Source of the DNA: an uncultured bacterium
Lineage (GTDB): Bacteria; UBA8481
DNA length: 64,000 nucleotides
Assembly (NCBI GenBank): GCA_964499705.1
Contig: CAZCME010000024.1
Span: forward strand, 1 to 64,000
Direction of reading: 5' to 3'
The translations under genes and the position numbers were made by a program. Of the stretch, positions 8,876 through 19,233 are shown piece after piece. A model generated the notes under the pieces. The model was not told where the DNA came from and searched no databases. It worked only from the letters and a program-made list of their open reading frames with translations. Within the stretch, counting starts at the first letter, position 1; each line of letters opens with the position of its first letter.

Positions 8876-11800
8876 TCGCGCGGTCACCATCGCGCTGATC
8901 TGCGGTTTTGCGGCGTGTTACGGAGGCACCCCGGATCGTGAGATCGCGTCCGGCGCGACTGACCCTGACCATCACGAGACTTCGGAGTCCGTGCCGACGA
9001 GCGAGCGGAACCGGATTTCGGCGGGACTCGAATATCAATCGAGACTGAATCCCGGCGACAGGCAATTGAGGGTAAGACTCGCCGAAGCATATCTGGAAGA
9101 GGGCAACTTCATCCGGGCGGTCGAGATCTCGCGAAAACTCTCTGCCGGATCGCCGGCCGCGGGCAGGGCGCGCTTCATCCTTGCCCAGGCGCTGTATCGT
9201 TCCGCGGAAAACGACGCCCCGGAAACGACTGCGTTCCTGGCGCTGATCAGCGAGGCGGATTCGATCGCGGCGACCGCGGGCATTTCCAGCGCCATGGATA
9301 CGTTTCGGCGGCAAACGGCGGAGCGGCGCGCCGATGGATGGAAAAGCCGGAGTCCGAATACCGCAATCCGCTACTATGACCTGGCCGCCACGGAATCCGC
9401 CCGGTGGAAAGCCATCGCTCTCTTGGTCGAACAGCGACGATTCACGGAAGTCATGACGCGCGCGCGGTCCATCATGCGCACGCAACCGTCGAATCACGAC
9501 GCGATGGAAGCCATACGGATCGCCCGAAAGCTCAATCCGGAACAGGCGGGCTGCTGGGCGGCCCTCTATCATCCGGACCTTCTCCGCACGGACCAGGTTT
9601 CCCTGACATCCGGAGCGGTTGAATCCAGTTCCGTCCGACTGGCGTTCCTTCGCGGAGCCGCGCGCGCGGACTCCAGTTTCACACGCGTGCTTCTGGAGAC
9701 CTTGCTCCACGAAAAACGCATCACGGAGGCGGTCGCTCTGCTGGATCGCGCGAGTCCCGCGCTGACGGGAATCCGGGAAGAAGCGAGCTTCAACAAGTTG
9801 CTCCTCGATGCCGCCATCGATTCCGGACGCAAGGAAAAAGCCCTGTCGATTCTCCTGTCCCTCGACGACGCGTCCCGGGAAATGTACCGCAGCCGCGCGG
9901 AATCCGTCGCAATCCTGCTGCTGCGCGCCGGGAACATGGAGGCGATCCTGGCCCTGGCGAATCGATTCGCCTTCAATCGTGCGCTCCATGAGACCATCGC
10001 GGCGCAACTTTACCGGCGCGGCAGAGCGGCGGACGCGATGCGATTCGACGACTCTCGCGAAGAAATCCGTGCGATGGCGGCGTTTCAGCGCGGCGACACA
10101 CCGCAGGCGATCAGGGAACTTGACGTCCTCCGGCGCGCCGGCCGCATCACATCGGACCTCCTCGCGGTCCTCCGGCAACTGGAGTCGGATCCGAACAGAA
10201 AGCGGCTCCTGACGCTCGCGCTTCATCTCCGTGGGCGTGTTCCCGCGGATGCCCGTGACCTGCGAAGCTTTCATTCTCCGCTGTCGCGAGTCATCCTGGC
10301 CGGTTCTGGAAGATCGACGCCCGCGGCAGGACTGTCCAACAGGGTGATCGCCGAGGCTTATATGAACAGGGAAGTTCCGGGGCGGGCGCGACGATATCTG
10401 CTGGCGGAACTTCGCCACGCCCCATCGGCCCGTTCCATTCTGCCGCTTCTGGTGCGCGCGTGCCGACTTGCCGGCGACACGGCCACGGCATTTATCCATG
10501 TACAGGAAGCGCTCCGTTACGAACCTTATGCGGCCGACTTGAACGTCATCGCCTATGAGCGCGACAAGCTGGGAGGCGATCGCGGACTGATAATCGCCCG
10601 GCTGGAAAGGCTGGGCTCACTGCCGGGAGTCGCAGCCAGGCAGGACATCAAGTTGCTGATCAACAAGGAACTGCCGCGCGCCTACACGGCGGAGGCGGCC
10701 GCTCAATTCAAGAATCGGGGATACGCCCTGGCGTACCTGCGGAAAGCGCGGGCCCTGGATGAGGAAGATCCGACCATACCGTTCAACATCGCCATGATCC
10801 ATTCCCTGAACGGAGAAGTGGATTCGGCCATCGCCGCGATCGATGACTGTTTCCGGATCAGCGACAACGATATAGATGCGCTGATCCTGGCCGCAAGTCT
10901 CTTCAAGCGCAGGGGGAGAAATGACGATGCGGCGGCCGCCTATCAGAAAGCGCTCCAGTGCGGCGCCTCCGTGCAGGTTCGGCACGACCTGGCCTTGCTG
11001 ATGCAGAATCAAGGCGAGACGGCCGGCGCGTTCGTGGCGGCGGCGGAAGCGCGCAGGCTCGATCCATCAAGTGTTCGCATCGCTCGAACCTTCGGCGTGC
11101 TCGCGGCCCACCTCGGCAAATGGTCGGAAGCCATGGAACCTCTGAAGCAAAGCCAGGCAGCATTTCCTCATGATCGCGAGGCGCAATTTCTTCTGGCGCG
11201 CACGTCCATCGAATGTGGAGAGATCGGCGCCGGACGGAAGCTGGTCGCCGCACTTCCACAACCCGCTGATCGAGTGGAATTGTTCGCGCGCGCGGACATG
11301 AAGGACGGTCGTCCCTTCCTGGCGGTGACCGCGTTGAGACCTCACGCGAAGGCTCCGCGTGTCCGCGAACTCTTTATTCGCGCGCTTGCGGAAGCCGCGG
11401 ACCAGATGCTGACGAACGGCAGGATGGCCGAAGCAAGGAGTCTCTGGCGCGAGTGGATCGCACTCGATTCCTCGGCCGCTATTCCGCAAACGCTCCTGGC
11501 CGCTGCGGCTCCCGCTCTCACACCGCCGGCGCCGGCAAGCCAGGCGACGGTTCTGTCCGGCGGCGGAGCAGCCGGAGTGAAAACCGGCGCGGGAACGCCG
11601 CCTGCTCCACGCATCTTGCCGGCGACGAGACCCGCTTCCGCTCGTCCTGATACTCATCAGGCCGTCATGGCGGCTGTGCCACGCCACGCGGACTCGTCGA
11701 TCCCGATATTACGAGTGCCGGTCTCATCCTTGAAGATCGCCGCGGAAGCCATGAAAGCCGGAAAATTCGCCACAGCCGAATCGCTGGCTCGAAAGATTAT

Positions 11801-11966
11801 CGAAGATAATCATTCCAATGCGACCGCATGGAACCTTCTCGGTTTAGCCCTGTCCCGGCAGGGCCGTCAGGCTGATGCCGTGAACGCGTTCCGAGAGTCG
11901 CTCAGGATCCGCCCGGACCAACCCGAGGTTCGCGCCGTCCTGGACGAGATGGAAAGCACGGGATGA
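8859..11966 (+). CDS. Large TPR lipoprotein
   Basis: FAAC lipobox; TPR motifs (LAEAYLEEGNF..A, AWNLLGLALSRQGRQADAVNAFRESLRIRP); Pro/Ala linker before the last TPR pair. Confidence 0.8.
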   Translation: MSWRNNRAVTIALICGFAACYGGTPDREIASGATDPDHHETSESVPTSERNRISAGLEYQSRLNPGDRQLRVRLAEAYLEEGNFIRAVEISRKLSAGSPAAGRARFILAQALYRSAENDAPETTAFLALISEADSIAATAGISSAMDTFRRQTAERRADGWKSRSPNTAIRYYDLAATESARWKAIALLVEQRRFTEVMTRARSIMRTQPSNHDAMEAIRIARKLNPEQAGCWAALYHPDLLRTDQVSLTSGAVESSSVRLAFLRGAARADSSFTRVLLETLLHEKRITEAVALLDRASPALTGIREEASFNKLLLDAAIDSGRKEKALSILLSLDDASREMYRSRAESVAILLLRAGNMEAILALANRFAFNRALHETIAAQLYRRGRAADAMRFDDSREEIRAMAAFQRGDTPQAIRELDVLRRAGRITSDLLAVLRQLESDPNRKRLLTLALHLRGRVPADARDLRSFHSPLSRVILAGSGRSTPAAGLSNRVIAEAYMNREVPGRARRYLLAELRHAPSARSILPLLVRACRLAGDTATAFIHVQEALRYEPYAADLNVIAYERDKLGGDRGLIIARLERLGSLPGVAARQDIKLLINKELPRAYTAEAAAQFKNRGYALAYLRKARALDEEDPTIPFNIAMIHSLNGEVDSAIAAIDDCFRISDNDIDALILAASLFKRRGRNDDAAAAYQKALQCGASVQVRHDLALLMQNQGETAGAFVAAAEARRLDPSSVRIARTFGVLAAHLGKWSEAMEPLKQSQAAFPHDREAQFLLARTSIECGEIGAGRKLVAALPQPADRVELFARADMKDGRPFLAVTALRPHAKAPRVRELFIRALAEAADQMLTNGRMAEARSLWREWIALDSSAAIPQTLLAAAAPALTPPAPASQATVLSGGGAAGVKTGAGTPPAPRILPATRPASARPDTHQAVMAAVPRHADSSIPILRVPVSSLKIAAEAMKAGKFATAESLARKIIEDNHSNATAWNLLGLALSRQGRQADAVNAFRESLRIRPDQPEVRAVLDEMESTG

Positions 11967-13321
11967 GACTGCATTCAGGTTGCCGATGGACTGTCAGGAT
12001 CGCGATGATCAAGGCCGCGCTGCTCTGTTCCGCCTGCGGTCAGGACGTGACGGTTGCGCCGGTCTCTCTGGAAGATGCCAGGCGTCAGGAAGGCGTCGAG
12101 TTGGCAGCCGCGGCCACACGGGGGGACACGGCGCTGATGAGTTCCATCCGGGGAATCGTGACCGATTCGCCGGCAGGATTCCTTAAAACGGGCGACCTGG
12201 TGTGGCGTGTCGCCTCCGTCGAGGATGTGACACGCGGAGTCGCACGAAGCTGGTCGAGCGTGGATGCGCGGTGGATCGCGATTCGACTCGTTATGACTTA
12301 CGATGCGGCCGAGACCGCGACCATCGATACGCAATCCGTGACTCTTCGAGAACAGCTCGTCCTCCTGGACGATGAAGGAGGACGCCACTTTCCGCTCGCC
12401 GTGCATGACCGCATCAATCCCCGGATCGATCTCCCGTGGGCCATCCCTCGGGGCGGCGAATCCGCTACGATCCTCTTCCCCATCCCGAGGGATCTGAAAC
12501 CCGCATCTCTGGAAATTAGCGCGCCCCTGGGGGCCGGCCGGATCGAATGGAACTGGCCGGAAACCCCATCCGATTGGATCGTTCTGAATCGCAAGTTGAT
12601 ACTCCAGGACAAATCCCAGCGAACGCTCTGGGATGTCACACTGCAACGCGTTCGCCGGATTCCCGGCGGCACGGAATCCCGGAGAAATCGGGGCACTGAA
12701 CCCACGGGAGGCGATTCCTCCGATTCGGAGAGCGGGGAAGCCGGAACATTTCAAGCCGACCTGACGCTCCGTAATGTCACTTCGTCTCCGGCTCTTTCGC
12801 CCGATCCCGCCGAGGCTCGTCTCTATACCGGAGGCGGCCGGACCATCGCATCGGTCTCGCTCCCGGTTCAACGCATGGTGGAACCGGGAAAGACCATATC
12901 CTTCACGGTGCGATATACAGGCGTGCCGCAACGGGAATCCCTGGAGGTTGTTCTGCCGTATCGCGACGAGTTTGCCCGGATCGACGCCATGCCTGGACTT
13001 CGGCCCGAGGAAACGATCTCCATGATGAAACCGGTTCTCTCGGGCGGCTTGCGAGTCGCCGTCTACGCCGTGAATGTCCAGGGAGGTTTCGGCGTGCGGC
13101 TTGGACTTCTTAATAACGGGTCACGGCCGCTCACGGCTTCTCTCGCGAAAATTTCCGGAGCGACGGACGCATCCTCTCCTTCGCTGGAGGGAGTCATGGA
13201 AGACGCTCCGGATACGCTCTATCCCGGATTCGAGGAACGGCGCTGGGTCATCTTCCCCCGGCGAGTTCATGCTCTCAGGATTGAATTCGCGGGAAAGAAT
13301 CCGATCAATGTGAAATTGTGA
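11963..13321 (+). CDS. Hypothetical lipoprotein with about three DUF4352-like beta-sandwich domains
   Basis: CSAC lipobox; LVLLDDEGG, LTLRNVT, LYPG.EERRWVIF patterns; ATGA overlap. Confidence 0.5.
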   Translation: MRLHSGCRWTVRIAMIKAALLCSACGQDVTVAPVSLEDARRQEGVELAAAATRGDTALMSSIRGIVTDSPAGFLKTGDLVWRVASVEDVTRGVARSWSSVDARWIAIRLVMTYDAAETATIDTQSVTLREQLVLLDDEGGRHFPLAVHDRINPRIDLPWAIPRGGESATILFPIPRDLKPASLEISAPLGAGRIEWNWPETPSDWIVLNRKLILQDKSQRTLWDVTLQRVRRIPGGTESRRNRGTEPTGGDSSDSESGEAGTFQADLTLRNVTSSPALSPDPAEARLYTGGGRTIASVSLPVQRMVEPGKTISFTVRYTGVPQRESLEVVLPYRDEFARIDAMPGLRPEETISMMKPVLSGGLRVAVYAVNVQGGFGVRLGLLNNGSRPLTASLAKISGATDASSPSLEGVMEDAPDTLYPGFEERRWVIFPRRVHALRIEFAGKNPINVKL

Positions 13322-13342
13322 TGAGCTCGATTGCCGCGCCTG

Positions 13343-16300
13343 CTACAGGGAGTAGTACAAACCTGTAAGGAATCGTCCGATCGAGGACGAGAGAAGTCCG
13401 TCGCGAAAAGCGCGGAGGATCGAGAAGAATCCATCGGCGGCAACATTCCGTGAAAGAATGCAGGCTTTCGCTCCGCCGGGGGGCGGAGGAACGGCGGCGG
13501 CACCGCCGGCGTTGGGATCGGGGCTCGTGGTTGCCGTCGTGCCGGGCGCGTCGTTGAAATTGGGCGTGCCGCTGGTGATGTCGACGGGAGCCAGGGCCGG
13601 AACGATGGGCCGGCCCGCCAGATCTCTCAAGCCGGATGAGGCGCTGAGGAGATTAATACCCGAGGGGCTCGATTCGGTTGTGACGGCGGCTGAGAAGACA
13701 CCGCTTACACGGAATCTGTTCGTCGTGCCCAGAAGAGTGATTCTGACCTTGTTTCCGTCGACCCTCGACACAACAGAATTGAAATCGATGATGTCTCCAA
13801 CAACGGGCATGAAGATCGTGTTGATGGGCAGGGCGTCGGAGACGTCAAAATGGCCGTGGGTGACATTGGCGGAGAAGGAGAGATCGAGCACGTCGCCCGC
13901 ATTGACGGAAGCGGACGAATCCACATCCTGGTAGATGGCGCCCGTCAGCATGGGAGCCAGGTTCTGGCTTCCCGTATCGGAGCCGCCGATATCAATCGCG
14001 GTCGCGGAAGGCCGCGCGGCGCGACCTGCCGTATCGACGATCGACGCGGTGGTCGTCAGCAGATTGATACCCGATGGGCTGCCGCTCGCGTGCGTCCCGG
14101 CAACGTAAGGTCCGGTGATTTTCAATATGGGAACAGTTGTAAAGGTCATGGTGAGCTGGTTGCCGGAGGTCTGGGAGATCGCAGGCGCGACGGAACCGAA
14201 GAAATCTCCCGTGACGGGCAGGAAAAAGGCGGTCGATGGCACGGCATTCGCGACGATATTATCGGAGAAGGTGAGAATGAGCTGATCTCCGATGTTGAGG
14301 GTGAACGAACTGTCGGCGTCGGAATAGATCGCCGAGATCATCGTCGGACCGACGGTGCTGCTCGTATCGCCGACAGTGCCGCCGACGTCAACGGCTGTCG
14401 CGGCAGGATTGGCGACGACGTTATAGGTGCTGAAGATGGTGGAGAGCGTATCCTTGAGGTTGATACCGGAGGGACTTCCGGACACGTGCGTGCCAGTAGC
14501 GTAGGCGCCCGGGACGGTAACGACCGGAGAAGCGCCCATCCTGATTCTCATCTTGTTGCCGCCGACGAACGTGATCGTGGGATTGATTCCGAGATCGTCT
14601 CCGATAACCGGCATCGTGAACCTGTCCTTGGTGGCCGATGACGTCGACAACAGGTTCGTGTCGAACGCCAGGATGATATCGTCGCCCTGTGTGGCCGTGC
14701 CGGATGTATCGTTATCGGCGATGGTGGCGCTGATGGGGAAGGGCCCGTTGCCGATGCCTCCCGAGGTCGCGGCCGGCGCGGTCGTGATATTGACGGTTCT
14801 CCCCTTGATGACCTGGAGCGTCACGAAACTGATGCTCTCGCCCGCATTATAAACCTTGGCGAATACATCGTTGGTGCTAAGGAGTTTCGCTGAAAAGGAT
14901 ATGCTGTCAGGAATGACAACCGGCGCATTTCCGTTCAACGAGTACACGAGCAGAAGTTTGAGCGAGTTCGAATCGGAGCCGGTGCCGTTCGGGGTGCGGA
15001 TGATCTCCGGAATGGAGAGCGTCAGGATGATGGTGTCGTTATCCGCCGCGTAAGTTCCTGATGCAAGCGTGACGTCACCGGAGGTGAACGTGCCCGTGTT
15101 ATCGCGATCCTTGACGAGCGAGACTGACGTCACGTCGAAGCGATCGTCCAGGTTGCCGCTCGCCGTGAACCGCAGCGCGTTCAAGCTTATCGCGTGACCC
15201 GAGTCCGCGAAGAACCGGCCGCCCCAGACGACGACTCTCGTATCGTTATTGGCGACGCTGATCGTCGAATCGGGGTGATACTGGAGGAATGCTCCCGTGT
15301 CGACCGTCAGGGTGGAAAGCGTGCCGGCGACGACCGAGAATACATTGCCGCTCAGCGCGACGCCTCCGATGGCAACAGGTGTTCCCGCGACGTTTTCCTG
15401 GGCGTTGATGCCTGACGAAGGATTGAATCGGGGCTCGAACGTCAACGGTGGATTTAATACAGGAATATTTGTCGAGAACGAATAGGTCACGAGGAGATTG
15501 ACGGCGCTCGCGTCCGTCGGCAGACCGGAAGGCGTGCGCACGAGGAGATTCAAATTCGAGAAGGTAACCCGGTCCTGGACAAATGAACCCGATCGAAGGA
15601 GCAGATCGTTGGCGGAAAATGTGCCGGACGCGTCCAGGTCATAGAAGAGCTTGGCTTCGGTCAGATGCGAATCGGCGATGCCCGTGCCCGAGTCATCCAG
15701 AGAAATCGAATTCACGATGATCGTATGATAGCTGTCCGTCCAGAACCTGATGCCCATGGCGGCTTGCGTAACGGCGCCGGCGGATACATTGACAAGCGCG
15801 GGGGCGAAAGTCCCGGCCGAGACATTCAGTGTCGCCTGGGTCGGAGTCGGACCCTTGATGGTGATGATCGCGCTCTTGAAAGGCAGTCCGAGGGACAACG
15901 AGGGAGGACCGGACGCGGGATAAATGCGATTTTGACTCCAACCGGTCTGCACGGATCTGCCCTGGGAATTCAAATCGCCACCGGACAGGGTGCTGCCGTT
16001 CGTAACGTTCGTGCCTATGGTCGTCCAACTGATGTCGCCCGATCCTTCCATGGCCAGACGGAACGTTCGTCCGGCCTCTACTGTGGATTTGAAATCATAG
16101 GAGACGAGAAATGTTTCGGTTCCATTATCGAGGTGGCTGTCGAGGATGTACCCGATATTGGTGAAAGTAACCGTCGGATTGAATCCCGTTGTCTTTACGA
16201 AAGCCTGCGCTGTGGGGAGGAAAACGTCGGGGCTGTCCACCTGCCCGTTGCTGTTGACATCCACGAAAAGTTCCGCGCGCTCGATATCGAACGTGTCGCT

Positions 16301-16879
16301 GCCTTGTCCGAGGCCATAGAAAGTCAACTGGTTCAGGCGGATGTCCTCGCCGTTCGCACGCAAGACAAACTGCCAGACCGCGACGTTATTCGCCCCCGAA
16401 TCGATCGCCTGACCTACGTCTGTCTGACCCACAAAGCCGGGCTTAAGGATTCCCGAGTCCATGTCGAGCCGACCGACCAGGCGCATCGAAAATCCTTTAA
16501 ACGCGAAGTGATCTGTGAGCGCCGGAGTGATACTCAGTGTCACCCCGACCGCGTATGTGCCCGGCGGGCCGGTTGGCGTACCCGAGATGACACCGGTCGT
16601 GGCGTTGATCGACAGACCCGTTGGCAATCCCGTGGCAGACCAGGTTCGCTCAGTGATGGCATGTGTGTCGTTGGTTGTCATCACAAAGGAATACGGAATC
16701 TGGTATTGGCAATCGTCGATATCCGTGGTTGTAATGAGGATGTGCACGGCGTCCGACCTGGAAAGCCATGCGGAGAGGCATGCGAAACTCACAAGCAGCG
16801 CGAGGAAAAGCGAGTTTTTCCACAGCCGGTTTCGCCGACGTTTCACATCGCACTTGTCCGATTTCTGCTCGTCCGTCAT
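13343..16879 (-). CDS. Large secreted surface protein: putative Ig (He_PIG-like) domain, two sets of three internal repeats, CFI-box-CTERM-like tail
   Basis: AAGGA RBS before ATG 16879; WSATGLPTGLSINATTGVISGTPT; three SPSGINL-ending repeats; tail GGAKACILSR...LRAFRDGLL...GRFLTGLYY. Confidence 0.75.
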   Translation of the reverse strand: MTDEQKSDKCDVKRRRNRLWKNSLFLALLVSFACLSAWLSRSDAVHILITTTDIDDCQYQIPYSFVMTTNDTHAITERTWSATGLPTGLSINATTGVISGTPTGPPGTYAVGVTLSITPALTDHFAFKGFSMRLVGRLDMDSGILKPGFVGQTDVGQAIDSGANNVAVWQFVLRANGEDIRLNQLTFYGLGQGSDTFDIERAELFVDVNSNGQVDSPDVFLPTAQAFVKTTGFNPTVTFTNIGYILDSHLDNGTETFLVSYDFKSTVEAGRTFRLAMEGSGDISWTTIGTNVTNGSTLSGGDLNSQGRSVQTGWSQNRIYPASGPPSLSLGLPFKSAIITIKGPTPTQATLNVSAGTFAPALVNVSAGAVTQAAMGIRFWTDSYHTIIVNSISLDDSGTGIADSHLTEAKLFYDLDASGTFSANDLLLRSGSFVQDRVTFSNLNLLVRTPSGLPTDASAVNLLVTYSFSTNIPVLNPPLTFEPRFNPSSGINAQENVAGTPVAIGGVALSGNVFSVVAGTLSTLTVDTGAFLQYHPDSTISVANNDTRVVVWGGRFFADSGHAISLNALRFTASGNLDDRFDVTSVSLVKDRDNTGTFTSGDVTLASGTYAADNDTIILTLSIPEIIRTPNGTGSDSNSLKLLLVYSLNGNAPVVIPDSISFSAKLLSTNDVFAKVYNAGESISFVTLQVIKGRTVNITTAPAATSGGIGNGPFPISATIADNDTSGTATQGDDIILAFDTNLLSTSSATKDRFTMPVIGDDLGINPTITFVGGNKMRIRMGASPVVTVPGAYATGTHVSGSPSGINLKDTLSTIFSTYNVVANPAATAVDVGGTVGDTSSTVGPTMISAIYSDADSSFTLNIGDQLILTFSDNIVANAVPSTAFFLPVTGDFFGSVAPAISQTSGNQLTMTFTTVPILKITGPYVAGTHASGSPSGINLLTTTASIVDTAGRAARPSATAIDIGGSDTGSQNLAPMLTGAIYQDVDSSASVNAGDVLDLSFSANVTHGHFDVSDALPINTIFMPVVGDIIDFNSVVSRVDGNKVRITLLGTTNRFRVSGVFSAAVTTESSPSGINLLSASSGLRDLAGRPIVPALAPVDITSGTPNFNDAPGTTATTSPDPNAGGAAAVPPPPGGAKACILSRNVAADGFFSILRAFRDGLLSSSIGRFLTGLYYSL

Positions 16880-17084
16880 CGCATTCCTTTGCGTATCAAG
16901 TTCGTCTGAACAGGGGATTTCCCCAATCACAGAGATTATCGCCAAAAGATAAATTAAAATGAGCGGGAAGTCCACTGCGATCTTTGGTGAATTTTTTACG
17001 CAAATCTATACAAAGCAGATATTCGCACTGAAATCAGGCAGGCATCGCACACAAATTATCCACAGGTCGGCTTTCTCTCCCTCG

Positions 17085-17158
17085 TCGGGCTGGCGGGATT
17101 TGAACCCACGACCCCTTCCACCCCAAGGAAGTGCGCTACCGGGCTGCGCTACAGCCCG
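17085..17158 (-). tRNA. tRNA-Pro(GGG), CCA not encoded
   Basis: CGGGCTG acceptor stem, CTTCC-TTGGGGT-GGAAG anticodon arm, GGTTCAAATCC T arm; followed by CGA. Confidence 0.95.
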
Positions 17159-17193
17159 ACGTGAAAGAGAAAGCTTCGCCCCGATCGATCATG

Positions 17194-17565
17194 TTACCGC
17201 GACTCGCGGAGCAAGGACAGAACAAGTTTCAATTCGCTCCGGATCGCCTCCAGCGTGGCCGGTTCCGCAGGCTCCGGTTCTTCGCCCACCAGAGCCCGCC
17301 GAGCGCCCGCTATCGTGAATTTCTCGTCATACAGGAGATGCTTGATCTTCATCACCAGTTCCACATCGCGGCGTCGATATATCCTGCGGCCCGAATCGTC
17401 CTTCCGCGGAGACAGGCTCGGAAATTCCTGCTCCCAGAACCGCAGTACATGAGGTTTGACGCCTGTGATGCGACCGATTTCGCCGATCGTGAAGTAGAGC
17501 TTGTCCGGAACATCCGCGGTCGCGCGGCCGCCGGGATTCGTTTCGGCAGGAGCAGGGGATGACAC
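17194..17565 (-). CDS. MerR-family transcriptional regulator (type found next to ihfA)
   Basis: PDKLYFTIGE...VKPHVLRFWEQEFP.L.P.K...GRR.Y; synteny with HU/IHF and tRNA-Pro. Confidence 0.9.
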   Translation of the reverse strand: MSSPAPAETNPGGRATADVPDKLYFTIGEIGRITGVKPHVLRFWEQEFPSLSPRKDDSGRRIYRRRDVELVMKIKHLLYDEKFTIAGARRALVGEEPEPAEPATLEAIRSELKLVLSLLRESR

Positions 17566-17575
17566 AATGTTACCG

Positions 17576-17863
17576 CTAATTCGCTTTAGCGGCCGCTATT
17601 CGTTCCTTGAAGTCCTTGCCCGGAGAAAATTTCACGGCTTTCTTGGCGGGCACGCTGATGAGTTCGCCCGTGCGGGGATTCCGGCCGCGGCGCGGGCCGC
17701 GCGAGAGCACCTTGAAGGTGCCGAAACCGACGATGTGCACGTCCTTGCCCGACTTCAGGCTCCGCTTCACCGCTTCCACGAAGGATTCGACAGCCTGGCG
17801 GGCCAGCCGTCTCGGCATGCCCGTCTTCTCCCGCACTCGATCGATCAATTCCGCTTTGTTCAT
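17576..17863 (-). CDS. hup: HU/IHF family DNA-binding protein
   Basis: MNKAELI, GFGTF, GRNPRTGE; upstream TTGACA-17-TAAAAA on the minus strand. Confidence 0.9.
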   Translation of the reverse strand: MNKAELIDRVREKTGMPRRLARQAVESFVEAVKRSLKSGKDVHIVGFGTFKVLSRGPRRGRNPRTGELISVPAKKAVKFSPGKDFKERIAAAKAN

Positions 17864-17920
17864 GTAATCCCTGTGTTTTTACTCCTCGACAGCAGAGGTG
17901 TCAACAGGAAAAGGTGGAAT

Positions 17921-19200
17921 CAGAACTTCCCCATCCACAAAACCTGAAACCACGAACCACACGAAAAACACGAAAATCATGGGAAGAGGCGTCGCTTTAT
18001 GGATGCGTTTGAGGAGAACACCGGTTGATGGGGAGAATCCATGGCCCGTTGACCAGATCTGTGAGCACGTGCCTTGAACGGTTTCAACAGGCTGGGCGGC
18101 GTGCCGAAGAGGGGTGTTTCCCGACTTTCAGACTTGTGCTTTAATCATCCGTGAAGAACGCAGGAGTTGTTCGAGCAAGTGCCTTGCGAGGTGGCGAAGC
18201 GTTATCTTCGCTTTCCTCCAGCGCTTTTCAAGCTCGTTCCACTTCTCGTGCAAGAAGAGAAGCAGCGAGTTGAAGCCGATGGCCAGGAGAAAGACCAGGC
18301 GGAGGCTCGCTGCTTCATCTTTTACATAGCCGTGTTTGGAACTGCAAAGCGAATTGAAGAGCTTGAAGCCGTTGTTCTCGATCGACCACCGAAGGTGTCC
18401 AAGTTCCCGAAGTTCCAACGCCGTCAAATCATCCCGTGAGGTCACGACAAAAAAAGGTTTCCGTTTCTCCTGTGGCGATGGATGTTTCCGTGATCATGGC
18501 GACTCGCAGTAATCGTTCGACTCCTACAAAGGAGAATCCCTTTTGCACAACGCGCTCAATCAAGGTGGCTGATGTTTTCAGCTCGTGCCCTGCGCCGGGT
18601 GACGGTTCGAAATCCACCAGTGTCCTGTTCGCATCGTTCCGGACCGCCTGAAACGCGCTCATGAGCTGCTTGTTGAGCGACGTTCCATCCACGAGACCCA
18701 CGCGCAACGGGACGCCCGCTTTCAAGGCGATACGTTGACGGATCCTTCTCAAAGACACGGCGATTGATTCCGCGAAGTTCGTCCAGGGATAATTCCTTGA
18801 TGACTCGGATCAGATGCGTATCCGATACGGACTCGTCGAAATATCGTCCCGCGTCGCCTCGGAGTCGAAGATCGATATTCAAAAAACTGCGCGCGCCCGC
18901 CAAAGGCAGAAGCATCACACTGCCGACGATGGTCTCCAGTCGAATTCGAGGTTTCCTACGCGGATCCGTGAGACCATTGGTCGGATCAATTTAGTTCCAC
19001 AAAAAGCCATTAAAGGCTGCCGTATAAGTTGCCACGTTCGCTCCTCCGTAGATGCTGCGTAAGTGATGTAAAAAGAAAAGAGAGAAGAGAGAAAAGAAAA
19101 CCCTCCGCGACCGCGGACTCTATTTTATCCCATCGAAAGGCATATTTTCGTGTGGTTCGTGTGGTTCGTGGTTAAAGGTTCTTCAGTTGGGGAACTTCTG
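17921..19200 (-). mobile_element. Decayed insertion sequence, 1280 bp, with terminal IRs and an 8-bp target-site duplication
   Basis: Ends CAGAACTTCCCCA / TGGGGAACTTCTG (12/13 inverted match); GGTGGAAT at 17913-17920 and 19201-19208; imperfect IR extends about 57 bp; encloses a transposase remnant. Confidence 0.88.
18128..19035 (-). pseudogene. DDE transposase pseudogene (IS4/ISAs1-like)
   Basis: GGAGGAG RBS + GTG 19035; in-frame TAA 18991-18993; frameshifts near 18752 and at A7 18449-18455; LTDPR, VGLVDGT, LRWSIENNGFK motifs; middle catalytic Asp region apparently missing. Confidence 0.8.
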
Positions 19201-19233
19201 GGTGGAATTACTCAGGCTGAAGGATGCCGCGCT

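Noticed and set aside
16800-17070. Replication origin
   Set aside because: Only one perfect DnaA box and one near match; no dnaA/dnaN or box cluster
7286-17085. Genomic island integrated at tRNA-Pro
   Set aside because: No integrase and no duplicated tRNA 3' end noticed; compositional shift is mild and unmeasured
17979-18077. Short ORF right after the left IS repeat array, possible GxxExxY cargo
   Set aside because: 32 codons with no GxxExxY or other motif
18449-18455. Programmed frameshift in the transposase
   Set aside because: A second frameshift, an in-frame stop and a probable deletion point to decay
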